A stretch of DNA of 28,845 bases from the IMG/VR virus record IMGVR_UViG_3300042321_001378, positions 1 to 28,845 of that record; one strand, written 5' to 3'. This document shows positions 26,373-28,845 of this stretch, in pieces (position 1 is the first letter of the stretch; each line of letters begins with the position of its first letter). The notes beneath the pieces were generated by a model. It made no database searches and was not told the DNA's origin. It saw only the letters and a program-made list of their open reading frames with translations. The position numbers and the translations under genes were made by a program. This DNA is from a virus (lineage: Duplodnaviria > Caudoviricetes).

Positions 26373-27008
26373 TCAGTCAACCATGTCGATCAGCTTCAGG
26401 TCCGCCATCGCGTGTTTCCGTTTGCCGTCCACGTACAGCACCGTCACCCGGTCCCCGTTGATCGCCTCCACGAACCCAGACCGGCCCAGCCCGTCAGTCA
26501 CCGCGTCCCCGAGTTCCAAGGTCAACACCGCCGGCACGGACGCGACCGCCAGCAGTTCCACCTTCCCGGCATACTCCCGCTGGATCCGCTCCAGCTTCGC
26601 CATCCCGTCGGCGTCCCACGCGACCGCGACCGGCCGCGAACTGTCCGCGATCTCCTGCGCAACCCCGGCAAACGCCTCCGGAACCCACCGGACCGCAGCT
26701 GCGGCGACGCAGGTTGGCACCGGCAGATCGACCCATTCCCCGCCGGTCCCGCCCACCATGACGGCCCGGCCGGCGATCATCTGACCCTCGCCTAGCACCC
26801 AGAAAGTCTGCCCGTCGCGCAAGGCCCCCTCCTCATCAATCCAGCAATCAACGTCCGCCCCGCATCCAACCCGTTCGAGAAGGTCAGCGCCGATCCATTC
26901 CAGCGCTGAGTTCCAGCTGTCGAGCCCCCGGGTCACGGTGCGCGCTACTGGGTCAATCCGCAGGCTCCGCGCCAACACCGTCCGGGGGTCATTCTGTTCT
27001 GTCTTCAT
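26373..27008 (-). CDS. DUF3846-like protein with a C-terminal SH3/KOW-like domain
   Basis: RIDP...IGADLLERV...WIDEEG.L...IAGRAVMVG, followed by LELGDAV....GRSGFVEAINGDRVTV. Confidence 0.6.
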   Translation of the reverse strand: MKTEQNDPRTVLARSLRIDPVARTVTRGLDSWNSALEWIGADLLERVGCGADVDCWIDEEGALRDGQTFWVLGEGQMIAGRAVMVGGTGGEWVDLPVPTCVAAAAVRWVPEAFAGVAQEIADSSRPVAVAWDADGMAKLERIQREYAGKVELLAVASVPAVLTLELGDAVTDGLGRSGFVEAINGDRVTVLYVDGKRKHAMADLKLIDMVD

Positions 27009-27104
27009 AGTTTTTCCTGTCGTGTTTCCTGCCGGGATCGGCCCGGAACCGTCGGCCCGTTCTGGGCAGAGAGGGCAGGCCCCGAATGGCCGGCCGCGCT
27101 CTGC

Positions 27105-27926
27105 TCAGGCACTCAGCCCCAACCCTTTCAGCCAAGCGGCCTCGGTGCCCCGCAACAGGTGCCCAACCTGCACGGCGTCCAGTCGGACCTCGCCGGGCTC
27201 TGCCGGCAGTTCTGTCGTCTGGCTCCGCCCATAACCGTGCGACTCTTTCAGGCACGCCCGGGATTCCCGCCAGCGCCACCCGATGCGACGGAACCCGGCC
27301 GGGTGCATCCCGGCGGCCATCCTCGGGAGGTCCAGCGGATCCTCGGCCGCCTTCAGCAGGTGCCACGTCTCCGCCAGTTCAGGCCCGAACTTCGCCGCGT
27401 AGTAAACCCAGACCTCCGCCCGGCGTCCGGCCGCTTCGGCGCGATCCACGGCCGCCGCGATCAGGACGGCCGCCCGCGTGAATACTTCGCCGGCAACCAT
27501 TGCCGAACCGCCGCCTTTCACGGCGAACCGGACCACGGTCCCGGCCGGGCCTTCGGCGGGCACCGGCACGCTGGCCGCCATGCACTCGGGATCGCCACCC
27601 AGAAACCGGGCCACGTCTGGCTCTTCGCCGGCCACGTCCCACTCGGTCCGGAACGCATCCTGCCGGGCGGCCGCCGCTAGCACGCCGTCCAGCTTCTCCG
27701 CCATCTCCCGGGCCTTCGCCGCGCCATCGGGCCATCCAGCCCGGATCAGTTCCTCCCCGTGCAGGTAGGTCGCCGATCCGCGCCACTGGGGATCATCCGT
27801 CGCCTCGGATTCCCGGCAGTCCGAGAGCCGGGCGGGCGGGTTCAGGAACTCCGCCGCCGTCGCGCACCGGGCGACCCAGTGAGCGTGACCGTCCGCCGTC
27901 GTCCCCACTCGCGTCCACTGGCTCAC
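27105..27926 (-). CDS. Degenerate vWA-like partner of the AAA ATPase
   Basis: W.G...........GW, DVAG..PDV.RFL.G.PECM, LKAAEDPLD and HP..FRR motifs. GTGA-coupled to the AAA gene. Confidence 0.6.
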   Translation of the reverse strand: MSQWTRVGTTADGHAHWVARCATAAEFLNPPARLSDCRESEATDDPQWRGSATYLHGEELIRAGWPDGAAKAREMAEKLDGVLAAAARQDAFRTEWDVAGEEPDVARFLGGDPECMAASVPVPAEGPAGTVVRFAVKGGGSAMVAGEVFTRAAVLIAAAVDRAEAAGRRAEVWVYYAAKFGPELAETWHLLKAAEDPLDLPRMAAGMHPAGFRRIGWRWRESRACLKESHGYGRSQTTELPAEPGEVRLDAVQVGHLLRGTEAAWLKGLGLSA

Positions 27927-28845
27927 TTGGCACCCCCTTCCACGCGGGCCCGGGCATCGGCCGCCATGCCGCGCCAGAGGATCGCTTCCTCCACCCACTG
28001 CCGGCCCCACCCGGCGGCGAACAGCGCCACGCCGGCCTTCGCGGCCCGGGGCGAAATCACCGCCCGCACCTGCTGCTTCTCAACGCTCGCCCGCACGGAC
28101 CGGACCCGGGCGAGCCACGCGGCCGCATCCATCGTCCCGCCGGCCCCGAGGTCAAACGCCGTCTCGGGTTCAGGCACGCCCACCATCGCCGCTTCGAGGC
28201 TCTCATCCAGCGGCCACGCGACAGCGCCGAACCGGTCCAGCGTCGCGGCGTCCAGCGGGTTCCGCCCCACGTATTCCCGGGAGGCCCCGGAGCCCCACGT
28301 GTTCGCCGATGCCACGCACCGGAACCCGGCGTGCTTCGGGATCATGCCGGCCGGCGTGCTCAACCAGTCGCCCGCCAGTGCGGCGTTCAGCGTCGTGAGA
28401 ACTCCCGGGTGCCCGGCGTCCATCTCATCGATCAGGAACAGCCCGCCGTCGCGGTACGCCCGGACCAACGGAGTGTCGTGAAACGTCCCGCCAGCGTCAA
28501 CGAACCCCAGCAGGTCCGCCTTGGACGTCTGGGGGCCCACGCTGACAGCTTCAAACGGAATCCCGAGGGCCTTCGCCGTCGCGGCAGCTGCCGAAGTCTT
28601 CCCGGTCCCGGCCGGGCCAACCAGCAACAGGTGGACGCCAGCGGCAACCCCCGAGAGCAGCAGGGGGAAACGGCAGTGCTGGCGGCCGATCGTCACGGCC
28701 GGGGCACCGTCAATCCGGACCGTGATTTCACGCGGCGCGGGCACTTCCTCGCGAACGATCCGCCGCACGGCGTCTTCATCGATCCCCTGCTTCGGCATCA
28801 TCAGGGCCAGCGCCTGAGCCAGCGCCTGAGCGGCATCTGGGGAAG
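27923..28845 (-). CDS. MoxR/CobS-like AAA+ ATPase (5' end outside the window)
   Basis: Walker A LVGPAGTGKT, Walker B FLIDEMD, sensor ANTWG.G....YVGRNPLDAATLDRF. The frame stays open to the window edge (SPDAAQALAQALAL upstream of 28801). Confidence 0.9.
   Translation of the reverse strand, partial: SPDAAQALAQALALMMPKQGIDEDAVRRIVREEVPAPREITVRIDGAPAVTIGRQHCRFPLLLSGVAAGVHLLLVGPAGTGKTSAAAATAKALGIPFEAVSVGPQTSKADLLGFVDAGGTFHDTPLVRAYRDGGLFLIDEMDAGHPGVLTTLNAALAGDWLSTPAGMIPKHAGFRCVASANTWGSGASREYVGRNPLDAATLDRFGAVAWPLDESLEAAMVGVPEPETAFDLGAGGTMDAAAWLARVRSVRASVEKQQVRAVISPRAAKAGVALFAAGWGRQWVEEAILWRGMAADARARVEGGAK

Noticed and set aside
28807-28831. Tandem repeat CCAGCGCCTGAG x2 near the right edge
   Set aside because: Encodes AQAL-AQAL within the open AAA frame. 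No evidence for a terminal repeat or att site.

Overview
The window is a fragment of a tailed dsDNA phage genome, probably podovirus-like. A PVC/Verrucomicrobia-type host is inferred from the style of its SSB and HU proteins. Four blocks run left to right. (1) A minus-strand terminase large subunit followed by a partial ssb. (2) A divergent plus-strand virion operon (2057-18941): tail-tube/nozzle protein, a beta-helix tailspike interrupted by 7 FCCH-like repeats, a fibre-like protein, an adaptor, a cupin, two ejection-type proteins and a 2470-aa polyvalent ejection protein. (3) A plus-strand, translationally coupled recombination/regulatory operon (RecT-like, RecE/DUF3799-like, HTH/RHH and small proteins). 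(4) A converging GC-rich minus-strand block (MoxR/CobS-like AAA ATPase plus partner, DUF3846-like, lysozyme-fold protein, HU). The most notable observations are a 45-aa MPFKNKAQ gene nested in the +1 frame of the giant ejection gene, a DnaN beta-clamp-like module inside the same protein, a promoter-overlapping hairpin that covers the recT start, and a structured ~200-nt recT-recE spacer spanned by a doubly coupled ORF. No tRNA, rRNA, CRISPR array, integrase, portal or capsid gene was recognised. All family calls come from motif recognition by eye, not database searches.
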